Shown: positions 52,301 to 64,000 of the stretch, piece by piece | Layout: every line of letters begins with the position of its first letter | Position numbering within the stretch: position 1 is the first letter of the stretch | Assembly: GCA_002633005.1 (NCBI GenBank) | Contig: NMRA01000238.1 | Span: forward strand, 248,001 to 312,000 | DNA from: Phoronis australis | Taxonomy: Eukaryota; Animalia; Phoronida | Direction: 5' to 3' | DNA length: 64,000 nucleotides | The notes under the pieces: generated by a model | What the model was told of the DNA's origin: nothing | The model's input: the letters and a program-made list of their open reading frames with translations, nothing else | The model's database searches: none | Translations under genes and position numbers: made by a program

Positions 52301-53832
52301 AAATCGTGCCAACGTCTGCTGGCGCCGCCTCACGGGATCGCTGACCGCTTCCCACAATTCTCTAGGAATATGTTGTCTCTCGCTACCCATGAACAGATCC
52401 AAAGGCCACATGTTCCTGTTTGGATCGTTTCCCTGACAAAGTAACTTGAAAACCTCCAGCCAGATAGGAATGCATTGCTCGTAAAAGCAGCGCGAGGTTT
52501 CCTGCACTATCTCGGTAAACGGCACCCTGTTTCTCAGTTTTGTTTGTGACATGGAATCCAAGCTGAAAATTTACAAAATTTTCGGGGGAAGGTACTCCAC
52601 TATTTTTGTGACGAGGTTGTGTTGCTTGAACACACGTTTAAGCGCCTAGAGAGTTAGCACGATTAAAAGGCGCGGCACCAATACAGATATAAGGAATTTT
52701 TAATTATAAAGTCACTACTTCGTAGATGTTTGTTCCAATAATATATATATATATTTGACACAAATGTTTTAACCCCAACAAAACGCTTAAGTTCTTGAAT
52801 TAAAATTTTATAAATAACCATTGGGGCTGCTAGTAAATAAACCTAAGCAGAGTTCTGTGTAAAAGTGGGCCCGTCTGAAAATTTCTTCACAAATAAAAAT
52901 ATCTTGTTCGCACGGTACGGAATGAAATCAGAAGAGACAAACTTTCGTGGATAACATGGCCGTGTAAAAACCATTGTGTTTGCTGTACGTATGTAAAAGA
53001 AGCATTCAGGACATCCACGATAGACCGCTTATGGAGTTTTTGAGCCATTCGACTCTGTACGAAATGGCCTACTAGAGCGCTGCACTACCATTTCGAAGGC
53101 ATGTCTTCGACCCAGGCGGTGACTCGTGACGCAACACATATTTTAACCAACGAATTCTTAGGAAAGCCATGTTCCACTTTAAAGAATATGTAGGACCTTA
53201 ATGATAAGTATGTGAATGAAGTCAAATATCTACATAACTGTAGACGTTAACTTAGTAAAAGTACATATTTTCTGAAAATACAAAGCCTGTAGAACTTGAT
53301 TTTGACTTGTTATCAATCTGCCACAAATTGGGTCACGTGGCCATATCTTTTAGTAAATTGTCAAACGAAAAAGTACACCGAAAGCAAAACTACTGTATCG
53401 ATAAAATGACCAAATTTTGTTGAATACCAATGGTCAAGATGAAATATTATGCGTGTTATGCAGCTTTTGATTTTTTCATGAAAAACATAAAAGTTCTATA
53501 TTTTGATAGCCCCTCATATAAACATGGAACATTTTAAAATAATTCCTAACTGCATTTGAAGAGCAGTGCATAAAACGGTAAAGTTTCAAGGCATGAATCA
53601 TATCTCTCATTTCTGAGACATGATGTTCGAAACTTGCAAATTTTTATAGGGTCCTACATAACATTAAGTGACCAAATTAAACAGGCCCAAGCCTCGCCTG
53701 TCACTTCTGTTCGAAGGCAGACTTCTGTTAGACTTCCGGTTTGACAAGCTCTGTTAGAAGCATGTTATCTTAGGACTTTATATGAAAATTTTAAAAAGAA
53801 TGTGTTTCCCTTAATATTTTGAAATGGAGGTA

Positions 53833-54195
53833 TCATCCACTTAATTCAAGAACATGATTCAAATAAGATATGTAACAAATTGCCAGTCTTAATATCTCAA
53901 TCTTTGATAGTTTCTTATCAGGGGGTAAAGTAGGTAACAGTTTGCGCAGCTCCGTAAACGCCACGTTGAAAGCCTCGACACGAATTCTCTCTCTTGTTGC
54001 GTGCGCAGTTCTGTATTTTTGAGTAGCCCTCCGGCGTCGTCGTCTTTCCTCTCTACTAAGAGTTGCATTTTCTTGATTGACACGTCGTCCCTTCAAAGTG
54101 CCATCCACCGTGTCGTCGGTCGTTTCCTCGTAATCAAGCCGCGTGTTTCCGGCGGAAACCGCGCTCATGTCAGTTAAAGTAGCGTGCGAACGCAT
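53833..54195 (-). CDS. NHLH1: NHLH/NSCL (HEN1/2-family) neuronal bHLH transcription factor, 120 aa, intronless CDS
   Basis: [70 protein letters not shown] is the diagnostic NHLH1/2 sequence; probably co-orthologous to vertebrate NHLH1 and NHLH2. An alternative Met lies at 54168; a ttttcag acceptor at about 54296 implies a 5'UTR intron. Confidence 0.97.
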   Translation of the reverse strand: MRSHATLTDMSAVSAGNTRLDYEETTDDTVDGTLKGRRVNQENATLSREERRRRRRATQKYRTAHATRERIRVEAFNVAFTELRKLLPTLPPDKKLSKIEILRLAICYISYLNHVLELSG

Positions 54196-57100
54196 TCCAC
54201 TCTACGAAATGTTACCCGCTACAAATCGATTGGACACAAAGTGTTACGTGATCCTCAAGGTACTTGGGCAAGTGGTGCGTTGAGAGTCGGTTATCCTGAA
54301 AATTGAAAATTTATAAAATCATTATTCATCTTCCGTGTGATTCTGATGATGAAATCACAAAAGATATCATCTGGTTCTATGTTTGTGCTAGACTAGTTTC
54401 TACGTTAGGACCAGCTGATCCTAATCTCTTCTGAATCATGATTCGTAGCAAAAATGACCTAGAAACGAGGGCTCGTCCTCCCAACAAGGGCGCAGAGTAG
54501 CCACTTCGGCAACTGAATGTATTTTTGAAAAATGCCTGTTACGTGGTGCTTGGTTACGGAAACGTCTTTAATAACGAAAATTTAACGCAAACTCTACATT
54601 TCTTCAAAATAATACGATCTGTTATTTTAAATGGAAAATGGGATATAATTTTTTCATAAATTAGATAGTGTCGTCAACTAACGACTGCTTTTTGACTTCA
54701 GGTAAACTGTGCCGAACTCCCTTAAAGAAACTAAGACTTCGACCGGAAGCGAACCAGTTTGAGTTTTATATGTTCATCACGAGTAATTATGTACAACGCA
54801 TGCGTAAACTATCCTCAGCATTTAGACATTTTGTGCGCGCTAATCATTTCATCATTGACACCAATGTATGAGCAGTGTACTCCGCGTATACAGTGATCAC
54901 GCGACAGTGGTTTGATCACTGAGCAGTCAGAAGAAATCACAACACACGCATCCTCACAGATTTCCAGTGCGCACGTTTTTGCCAGTCTTGAAACTACCCC
55001 ACTTGTCGTGATTCCACGCCGAAAAAAGCAATGGGCAATTAATACTATTAATTAGTGTTTACTTGTGCGTTTCATCTCTGAAAAATGAGAAAATTAAGGG
55101 TATGAATTGCGTCCTGGGGGAATAATATTGTTATTTAATTTCACTTTACAAGCACGAGCTGTATTAGCAAGATTAAAAACATCACCACTTCGTGAATCAT
55201 TAAGACGCACTTAAACACATGGTTTATTCTGTCACAACAGCCCTCAATCACTCCTCTGGCACAAGCGTAATTTAATTTAAAAGTGACCGAGACTAAGGTA
55301 GAACAAGCGCTATTTGTGAAGGGGAGGTGGATAATTAAGTAAACCCTTTAATAATCAAATGTGCGGCTCTGCGACTAAAGTTGTTTAGCACCGCGTACAG
55401 TTGAAAAAAGCTGCGATCTGTTTATATTGTCCTCAGTTATAGAAACACCGCGTCCTAAAAATTGTTCATCTAAACCCTGTCTGTAATGATGCAAATTATT
55501 GCCCTTACTCTGTTGACAATGATGTGGAAATTAGATGGTTTTACCGCTTACGCCTATTAAATTATCAGTCAGGCCAATTCAACTTATTTTCCTGAAACAT
55601 TCTTTCCCTAATAAAAATAATTATTGCCCATCCGAAAAAAGAGCAAATACGGTAGTGTGAACCATGAACCATGAACAACATGGCACTGACTACAAGCCCA
55701 ATTCTTCTGCGTATTGGTGTCTTTCTTTACTCACAAATAATTTTTCAACCTTTTTAGATTTATTGCGAACTCCTCTTTGACGCAGGCATGACGTTATTCG
55801 TGGTAAAACGGTAGACTTGAATTAAACAAGGCAGTTCTTGGCTTAGATTATTCTCATTAGCTTAACTTAATCCACAATGCAAACTAAGTAACATTATCGC
55901 CATCTTGAGAAATGCAGCGCGTAATCGTGAAATTGGCGCGCTTTTGAGAATGTCAAATTTCGCACTCGTATTTGCAGCAGTGGCGCTATGTAGGGTAGAA
56001 AAAAATTAATTCGGTATGCCCCTAATTTGTTGATCGTATTTCATCGAAAACACGAGGTGCTTCAAAATAGAACATTAAGAGAAGTTTTTATGGTGTAAAG
56101 TTTTATGTAAAGGCAAAACGCTTAAAGTTGAGGTACTCAAACCTGGAAATAAGACAAAACCCGTTCAAGCATAGAAATGGCGGCGTAGAACCAAATTAAT
56201 TCGCTTTCAAAAGAGTTACAATCATTCTATCCTATCAATCAGAGGAGACTTTTCAATAAGCCATGTAATTTTTACACTTTTACCAGAGGTACCTCTGTTT
56301 AAGTGGCTATAACGGGAAAACTAACTTGCTGTCAGCCCCTCCCCCATTTTGAAGATTCATTAGTTGGCAAAGAAAAAAAACAGAAATGATCAAAATTTAA
56401 AGAAATCAGCGATGAGACAAACCCATTGAAATGTTTTTTTTCCTATAAAGTTGCTGAAAACAAGTCTAGCGAATAAGAAGGTTACTGTTCAAGTTACGCC
56501 GATTTTGTGTGACACCTCGAGAGAAATTATTGTAGGATGTCTGATCTGGGTACAAAAAATACCCAAAGCCACGTGTCTTTGTATTCTCTAACTGTAATTG
56601 GGGAAAATTAGACCTGTGTCCCCAGGAAGGCCGTGATGGTAAGACTGCCTGCTTTTGTCAAAGTTCATATTGCCTATTACAAATTGACATGTTTGTTAAA
56701 ACATAGAAACTCGTAAAACCTTGTCTTGTTCCAACTACACGCAATTCAAAGCCTACCAGAAAAAATCAACAACAATTATAAACAACAAGAGGTAAAACAA
56801 TAAAAGTAAACACCGGATGCCATTGTAAACCCGTATTTCGGTAAAAATAACTTTTGATTTAAATCACTTAACGCTATAATGTAAATCTGGCATAACGCTG
56901 TTCATTACTTAGCTTAGAAACATTTTCCAGGCATGCGAAGAACTCACAATTCGTTTTTGCAGACTCGATGAGGTGACATGTCACGTGATGTCATTTTATG
57001 TGCCGAGGTTCAAGCACTACTGAACTGTCAGTTCTTCAATAGTCCGAAAATCGTTCTTCACCTAAGTATGGAACAATTTGATACCAATTTTATTACGCTG

Positions 57101-57713
57101 TGGTCTGAGTCAAAAAGTAGTTTTTAAGGTAGATGGCGCTTTAAAAGCAAACACTGACCAGAAAGATTTGCTGTGATTATTGTCCCGTTGTCGTGTTTAG
57201 GCATTTTTTGATAATTCATTTTGATTAAAAGCGCCGTCTAGGTATAGTAGCCAGGAATGAAACTATTGTTTGCTCACTAGAGGGGGCTGTGAGAACAAAT
57301 TGTACTACAATTTCTTTACTTACAAACAGTCCCTTCCCTGTCGATACCAGTTTCGACCCTCCGGAAAAAACGTCTTTTTAATTCTTGAAATTGGTCATCA
57401 GCCGTCCATTTTATCCAAGGTCATAAATTTAATCGTGAGCAAGCTATTGAAAACACGACGCTGCGTTTTTCAGAGTAGCGAAATGTTGCAACTGGTGTAA
57501 AATTGGTAATTTTTCATATCCATACGTGACTACTACCTTCACAAATCCATTTAATGAACTGTGCACAAACTAAAATCAATTCACTATCGTCTTGGCAAGG
57601 GCCGGCCCTTACGACCTCTAGTAAAGCAGGCCCCCTATTCCTTGCCTCTCAGTATGTGGTCGCCACCCGAACGGGTGCCTGCGAGCCACATTTTTGCTCA
57701 ACAAAACATCACT

Positions 57714-58080
57714 TAATGGTGTATTACTGTTAGTAGAGAAAATTGGTTTTCTGAGATCACCCTCAGCTCGGAATTGAACCTGGAACCACGTGTTCGCAGT
57801 TTAACGCTCTGTCGGCGGAGTCAAACTTCACTTGATAAACGTATTTTAAGCGTACTAAATTAACAAAGCCACTGCCCTTAACTTCTGTGAATGTCTGGCA
57901 GACAACGGCGAAAATTGGCGATTTGTAATAAAAAAAACAAAAATTTAAAGGCTTTGTTATTGTTGTGGACATAATTAATAACTTCAAGAAGACTACCCAA
58001 TCCAAAAACGTCGTGAAACACATTTTTAGATCATCATTTGGGGTAGTTTTAACTCGTCAAACCCACGTTTTGTCCCTGCA
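57714..58080. mobile_element. Family D element, more degenerate copy
   Basis: Shares AATGTCTGGCAGA.AAC.GCGA.AATTGGC..TTTGTAATAA with the 60373-60698 copy, and CGGAATTGAACC with the other copies. Boundaries approximate. Confidence 0.6.
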
Positions 58081-60372
58081 GACGGTTGGTTTTCAAAATT
58101 TATTTTTAAATAAAAGAATTGCTATCGTTTTCACTTGGTTTTGAGTTTTATTGATGTTGTTATTATGAGGAGGTGATGGTTTTCACGTGAGCCTGTATGG
58201 TAGTTCAGGGTCTACTGAATGTTGAATTTATGCCCCCACTGATTCCTCACTTCTGCCCATGAACCAAGGAATCATTGGTAGGCTCTAATAAAACCGAGTT
58301 GATTCCCTCGAGTTTAGAGCCGATTCTAATTCATGAACCATAGAATGCAGGAAGTGTTAACTTATTTGTGACCGTTTTAGCAGTAAATCCAAACGTTAGA
58401 CACTCGCCATTGTGTGACACGGGATGTCCCAACGTAACAGTCATATTAGCCCCAACTCGTTATACGTACAAGCTAAATGCATTTTCAAGTCTTCAAGGAA
58501 GTCAGCTGCGGATATTTCGCTGACAATGGCGGACTGAGAAGGTCGCTCTCCATAGCTTTAATCTCAAGCTGCGATAACCACGTCAGTTTAGACTGCGTGC
58601 TAGATTTCTTCAAATGTCAGACGATTAACAAACACGGATGTAGGTTTGAAAAGCCAGAATAACATCATCTCCTTTAGTGAGACCACTAAGGAATTGATTT
58701 TCAAGGAATTTTTCAAGTTGAATACAAAGCGTTTAGGACACTTTCGTTATGGCCATTGTTGCGTGTCTTAGTTCCCGAAGAAATTTGATTGATAGTCTCT
58801 CCTGGCTGATCCTTCTCAGAAAACATGCCTGTTAATTTCAGTTCGCAACTATTGTGACTGCTCCTGGGTAAACAACTGTTTTTGAGGTTGTAGTATTCTA
58901 AAAAAGACCGGACATTGTGGTTCGGGTTCAAATTTCACAAGGAACATATACGCACAACGAAGAAGTGTAGCTGCGAATAAGGCTTTGATGGGTACAGTGA
59001 CAAGACTCGGCCAAGTCAGACACGTGAAAGGCGTCGTTCATCACACAGCAAGAGAAAACACGGGTAAAATTCGCAAACGCTATATAAGGAAAAATACGTT
59101 TACCTGACGGTTATGACTTTCATAAAAACCTTAAAAGGTGTTTTGAAAACAGACGCTGCGCCACCTGATGAAAGGGTCAGGAGTAGGCTATCCATTGCCT
59201 GGCCACAAGGCTAGGAGCAGGTTCTTCGTACTTTTGTGTTCTCTTTTAACATCAAAAGTATTCTTGATGTATTACATACTTATAAAAAGCAACATCCGTC
59301 TGTATCAGTAGAAAGTGAGCACTTATGCATGTTCTTACCGTTAGTCACCAAAGTTCAAAAGCATATTTAATCAAATACATACAGATTTTGAAATTGAAGT
59401 CATTGCTTTACGCAGGGTTTAGTTACACTGCACACTAAAGTGGAAAAAATGCGTCACGTAGCCCGAAGCCAAAATACCACGGTGCATTGTTAATATAACA
59501 GATATGTGTTTAATTAGCATTGTCACTCTCATTAAAAAACCTTTTTATTAGGGTTCAGGTGTAATATCACTTAGCTTTCATCTCGCTAATAGTTTTTAGA
59601 TAATTTGTTTCCGACGGTTTGCGGCTTCGAACAAGGTCTGTCGTCCGTCAAAAGAGACACGTGTGCTGCATTGGCAACTGTGATGCCATTTCCAAGCAAA
59701 TGTTGGCTTGCGTGCAACCCCGACTACCCTGACATCTTTTGGTGGAAGTCAGTCCGGAGAAAAGAGGAATTGATTACAGGGAGGATCCGATCCCATGATC
59801 GTGCACCTTAGTTATGATCCTCTTAATCCCACTCCTGAACCAGCAAACACCACCCGGCTCCCCTGAAGTCCACGCATGCGCATGAAATGCCCCACCTATG
59901 ATGACCAAATTTTAGTTACGCGGCGGGACGAGATACACTCGGGTGGGGAATCTGGTCCCCGGTTCTCATCGGAGCATTTTGACGAGTGGTCCAGTTAGTC
60001 TCTGCTGGTTTGATCCAACTAGGGCTCAGAGGATTGGGTCTGGAATACGGGTCGGCCGTGGACTCATTTCCACCCCTCAGTTGAATTCATTGAACGCAGT
60101 TCATTTACTTCATCATTTCAGAAGAATAAGGATTTTCTTGACAGCTGGTCTCAGATTAGTATCCCACATGTATTAACCTTTATTACTCAGAGACAGATAC
60201 GTCACAATGCAAAGGATTATGGGATGTCGGTTATCCAAAGTAGAATGAACCCAACCAACGAAAGCAAAGGATTTGCATTCAACAGAAGGACAGTAGGACG
60301 GATATTCCACACCGTAATTAAAACGTCAATGCAGCGACTCGCACAAGTACTGTATGCCAACAGCAACCTTAA

Positions 60373-60698
60373 AGTGACATTATCAGCGAGAATTAGGCGA
60401 TTTTATCAAATCAGTTCTTGCGCGGATTCCAACCGGGAACTTTCGCTGTCGCAGCCAGACGCTGCGCTGACGGACCTAAATTGCACTCGATAAATGGCAG
60501 ATCAGTTTAAGCGTATTTAAGTAGTGACGACACCGACCTTGATTTCACCAAATGTCTGGCAGATAACAGCGAGAATTGGCACTTTGTAATAATCCCAAAA
60601 TCACAACGGATTTCATTGTTTTATAGCTTTGTTAAAAACTAATAGCTCCAATAACCCCAAAAATGTGTGATTTCTGCTGTAAAAACGACGATGTCCCT
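60373..60698. mobile_element. TTAA-flanked non-autonomous DNA transposon, family D copy
   Basis: TTAA|AGTGACATTATCAGCGAG...GATGTCCCT|TTAA; homologous to 47789-48159. Confidence 0.75.
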
Positions 60699-63600
60699 TT
60701 AACGGAAACATAACATTCCTATGTATAGCTCACAATGAAAGCTGATCAAAATTGCCACGGCCACACTGAAAATCAAGCTGTGAAATTAAGCGCAGTAAAC
60801 ACTTGTTTTTTCCCATGTTTATAATTTGATCGGATAGGTTATCATGCGTAATTTGGTCTTCATAAGCTTTTTCATTCTTATTTCATCTTACTTTGAGTTT
60901 GTTCATTTTGACATGCCGAAGCACCCAATGTGATTTTGCTTGAGACTACACGTATAGCAAAGTTATCATTTTGACCATGGGTTTCAGCGATCGTGCAGAA
61001 TCAAGAGTGCTTCCGTGGCCGACGTGCCACAGTTCAAGCAGCTGAATAATTAACAGGCTGTGCGTCTCGGAGGAACTGGTACGTGGTATAAAATGTCCCA
61101 TTTGCACTACAGGGCGAATACCCTTGTGATTTAGCATTGGCTTATTCTGCTAAATATGGATAACCAAGAACGATTTATTGATATTCGCCTGGGAGCCATT
61201 TATAGTTTCAAGATGTATATGTCGCTTGGGATGAGCTCCTGGTTAAAGGAGTTACTAAGCACTGAAACATAACGTAGAGTTTACCATTCTCTTTTCAGAA
61301 CATTTGTTTGTCTAGAAATATAGGTGGGTTGTCACTTCCACCCTACAAAGATGATGTGCACAGCAGAACAAGATCACGTTTCCATGGTAACAGGCCGGAC
61401 AGCGTTTTCCGAAGTGTGATCGCCTAATTAAATAATGTAACCTATGATCCAAACAAATGAATAAACGAGCTCTGCGGCGCAGTCTATCGATCTTGGACGC
61501 CATACAGAGTCCTGTACCAACAACCAAAGTAAACGTTGCTCAGTCATTTGACGGTAGAAAGAATATTATACAAGTGTTCGGTTCTACTATTTCAGATTTC
61601 TTTTTGGACTGTGCTATTAAATTCATACGCACGCGTAACAAATAATAGTCACGTGGTTCACCTACATTCGGCCACACGTCGTTCAGAAGGGTGACGGTGT
61701 TGATGACAGTTAAAGTCTAATGGAAAGGCGACTTTTCCGGTTACGAACATGTTTAGTTCTCTTCAAAGGGCACATTTCTAGGCATTGTACAGATGTGCTT
61801 CTTGTGGAGATTTGAAAGGATATCGTTTTGTCTTGACCTGCCAAGTCCGGTGTTTCCGGTCGATCGTTATTAAGTGATCGCTTTAATGAATATGTTAAAA
61901 ACGTTAAAGTTTCCTAAAAATGGTCCCCCTATAAAGTATCTAAATTTATGAATATCCTAATCACTTAGAGAGAGTGTCTGGAACATTTTCCGCTGTCATT
62001 TCCTCGAGTTATCAATTAGTTTTGTGTTTGAGAAAAGAAAGAAAGTGAAATTCCTCACCTAGTCATAAAATAGAAAATGGGATGATCTCATTCAAATATG
62101 ATTGTAAAACTCGCTTTGGCCAGAATAACAAACCCCCTTTGAAAAAAAAACGATAACCTGGTCCCTCTGCATAAAAAGTTATATGTTGGATAGTAACAAT
62201 GACGTCGCATTGTCACGCTTTGTGTTGCCATTGTTGAACAACGTAATTGACGTCAAGCAAGAATAAAACTTATCCAACGGGATCCGGTTACATTAAAGTT
62301 ATATACTGAATAACAGCAATGACGTCACATGATTATGTCACGTTGTTATTGTTGAATGATGTTTTTTACATATTGTGGCATTCAAACTTATCCACTGGAT
62401 ACGTTTTAAGTTTAAAGTAACCCAGCCCTGAAAAATACAACAGTTAAACGTACGCGGCGATTTTGGGGGTGGAGGGTGTGGGTGTGTTACAAGAGTGCCA
62501 GAACTCTGGAATTACATGTATTTCTGCCGATCAAAGTGACCCTGAGAATAAGGTAGTATCTGAAGGCCACGTGGTTCAACACGTACGTTGAACATGACGG
62601 CGATTGGTCCCACAGATTGTTTCGAAAAAAGCCCGAAAGACACATTTCAGTAAAGAATTCGAAGTATTTTTAATGAAAAGCTTAGAACAACTGTTGAAGT
62701 GTTGTTTAATATGAAATCCGTTAACTGTATTCTACATTGAGCATTTTAATCATGCCTCATTGTCACCAATTATGTCACAGTAATTTGTATCGTAACAGGA
62801 ATTGTCTTCAACAGGTGTGTTTATTGAATTTGCTGCTCATCTTTCAATGCACCTGTGACTTAGTGGTAAAACGTACTTGTTAGCAAAAATCAAAAATGAA
62901 AAAAGTTATTAACACGAGTCAGTTACTTCCGAAAATACTTTAATTTTATAGTTTGTGTACGTTTCGTTCGCCTCTACGGCGCAATGGCTACATCATCGCC
63001 GAGTACTTGGTCAAAGTTGTACCCTTGTTTCTAGACATCACCAGTTGAAAGTCCTGATTTCAGGTAACCCGTTCTTATTTTACCAATGCACGCGTTTGAG
63101 CTAGCTAAAAAGACAAAAAAAACGCTTGGCACAGGTTGCACTTGATTGACTATGCCGGTTCCGCAGGGTTAACTAGCTAAGATATCTGATTGGTCTGCAA
63201 GACGGAAGTCATCATCGAAAATCAATCAGATGCCTTATCTGGTTGACCCGGCGGAACCGGCGAAGTCAATCAAGCGCAGCCAATGTGTCGATTCTTCTTG
63301 GTCTTTGTGTACTGTGATGTGAGATTTTATACTAATAGAATGTGTTAACAAATATAATAACACTTGATTAAATGCGGAGAGCATATGTACACTGCAGGCA
63401 AGTGGTTGACTTGCAGTTCTATTGTCGTGTGGAGCATACAGACAGAAATCATTGGAGTTGTACATTGACGACTACTCGTCAGCGATGAATTTAATGTTTA
63501 TGTAACAGGCTAGTTTAACAGACACGAACATAATGTTGTTAATTAGGAAGTCTAAAAACCATTATACAATAACGAGGTCTTAATACTAGTCAAGAACGTC

Positions 63601-64000
63601 TTCACCACACATCATTAGGCTAGTTGGAGTAAGTCGGCGTTAGTTGGCTATTGGAAATATTACGGGTCACAGTCATATTTATATTTTCCAGAAATAAATG
63701 TTATTTTAGACTGCGTTTAGCTACTTCTACGTCCCTTCATGGGAAATGGGTACTTTTACAAATCTCCATGTATGTATGCATAACCCAGGTTATGTTCCTA
63801 CTACCGCTATCATTACCGCCATTACTATTAAATATTATTTATTATTATTTATTTTGCTCCTAAAATAATATCAATAGATACCATAGCATTGTAGAAATCA
63901 TTTTTAGCAATACCAATGTATAACTGTTAGAAAATCATTTGCAAAATTTGGTGTCAAATTTGACAGCTCCTCTAAACTATTGACGCCATTGTTGCGTAAA

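Overview
Eukaryotic, AT-rich, intron-rich genomic DNA, probably from a marine invertebrate animal (inference from gene content and repeat style). Most entries in the ORF track are spurious, so genes were rebuilt by reading splice sites by hand. (1) A minus-strand ADAM metalloprotease-disintegrin gene: 12 phase-consistent coding exons from 25870 down to 1074 (444 codons), covering signal peptide, prodomain with cysteine switch, [12 protein letters not shown] zinc site, Met-turn and the start of the disintegrin domain. It runs off the left edge. (2) A divergent plus-strand gene of three coding exons (33537-39834) for a 197-aa orphan type I membrane protein, which the ORF track does not show as such. 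(3) A minus-strand NHLH/NSCL (HEN) bHLH gene with an intronless CDS (53833-54195). The most striking structure is in the last intron of the orphan gene: a young, 5'-truncated Penelope-like retroelement with a GIY-YIG C-terminus, 196-bp inverted arms and a 13-bp direct repeat. It carries two intact minimal type I hammerhead ribozymes, one on each strand. Next to it is a TIR-bounded element that holds an RT-thumb/RNase H LINE fragment. Also present: a head-to-head telomere-like array, two tRNA-SINEs whose TSDs both end in CATTGT, several MITE families, a CR1/L2-type RT relic and microsatellites.
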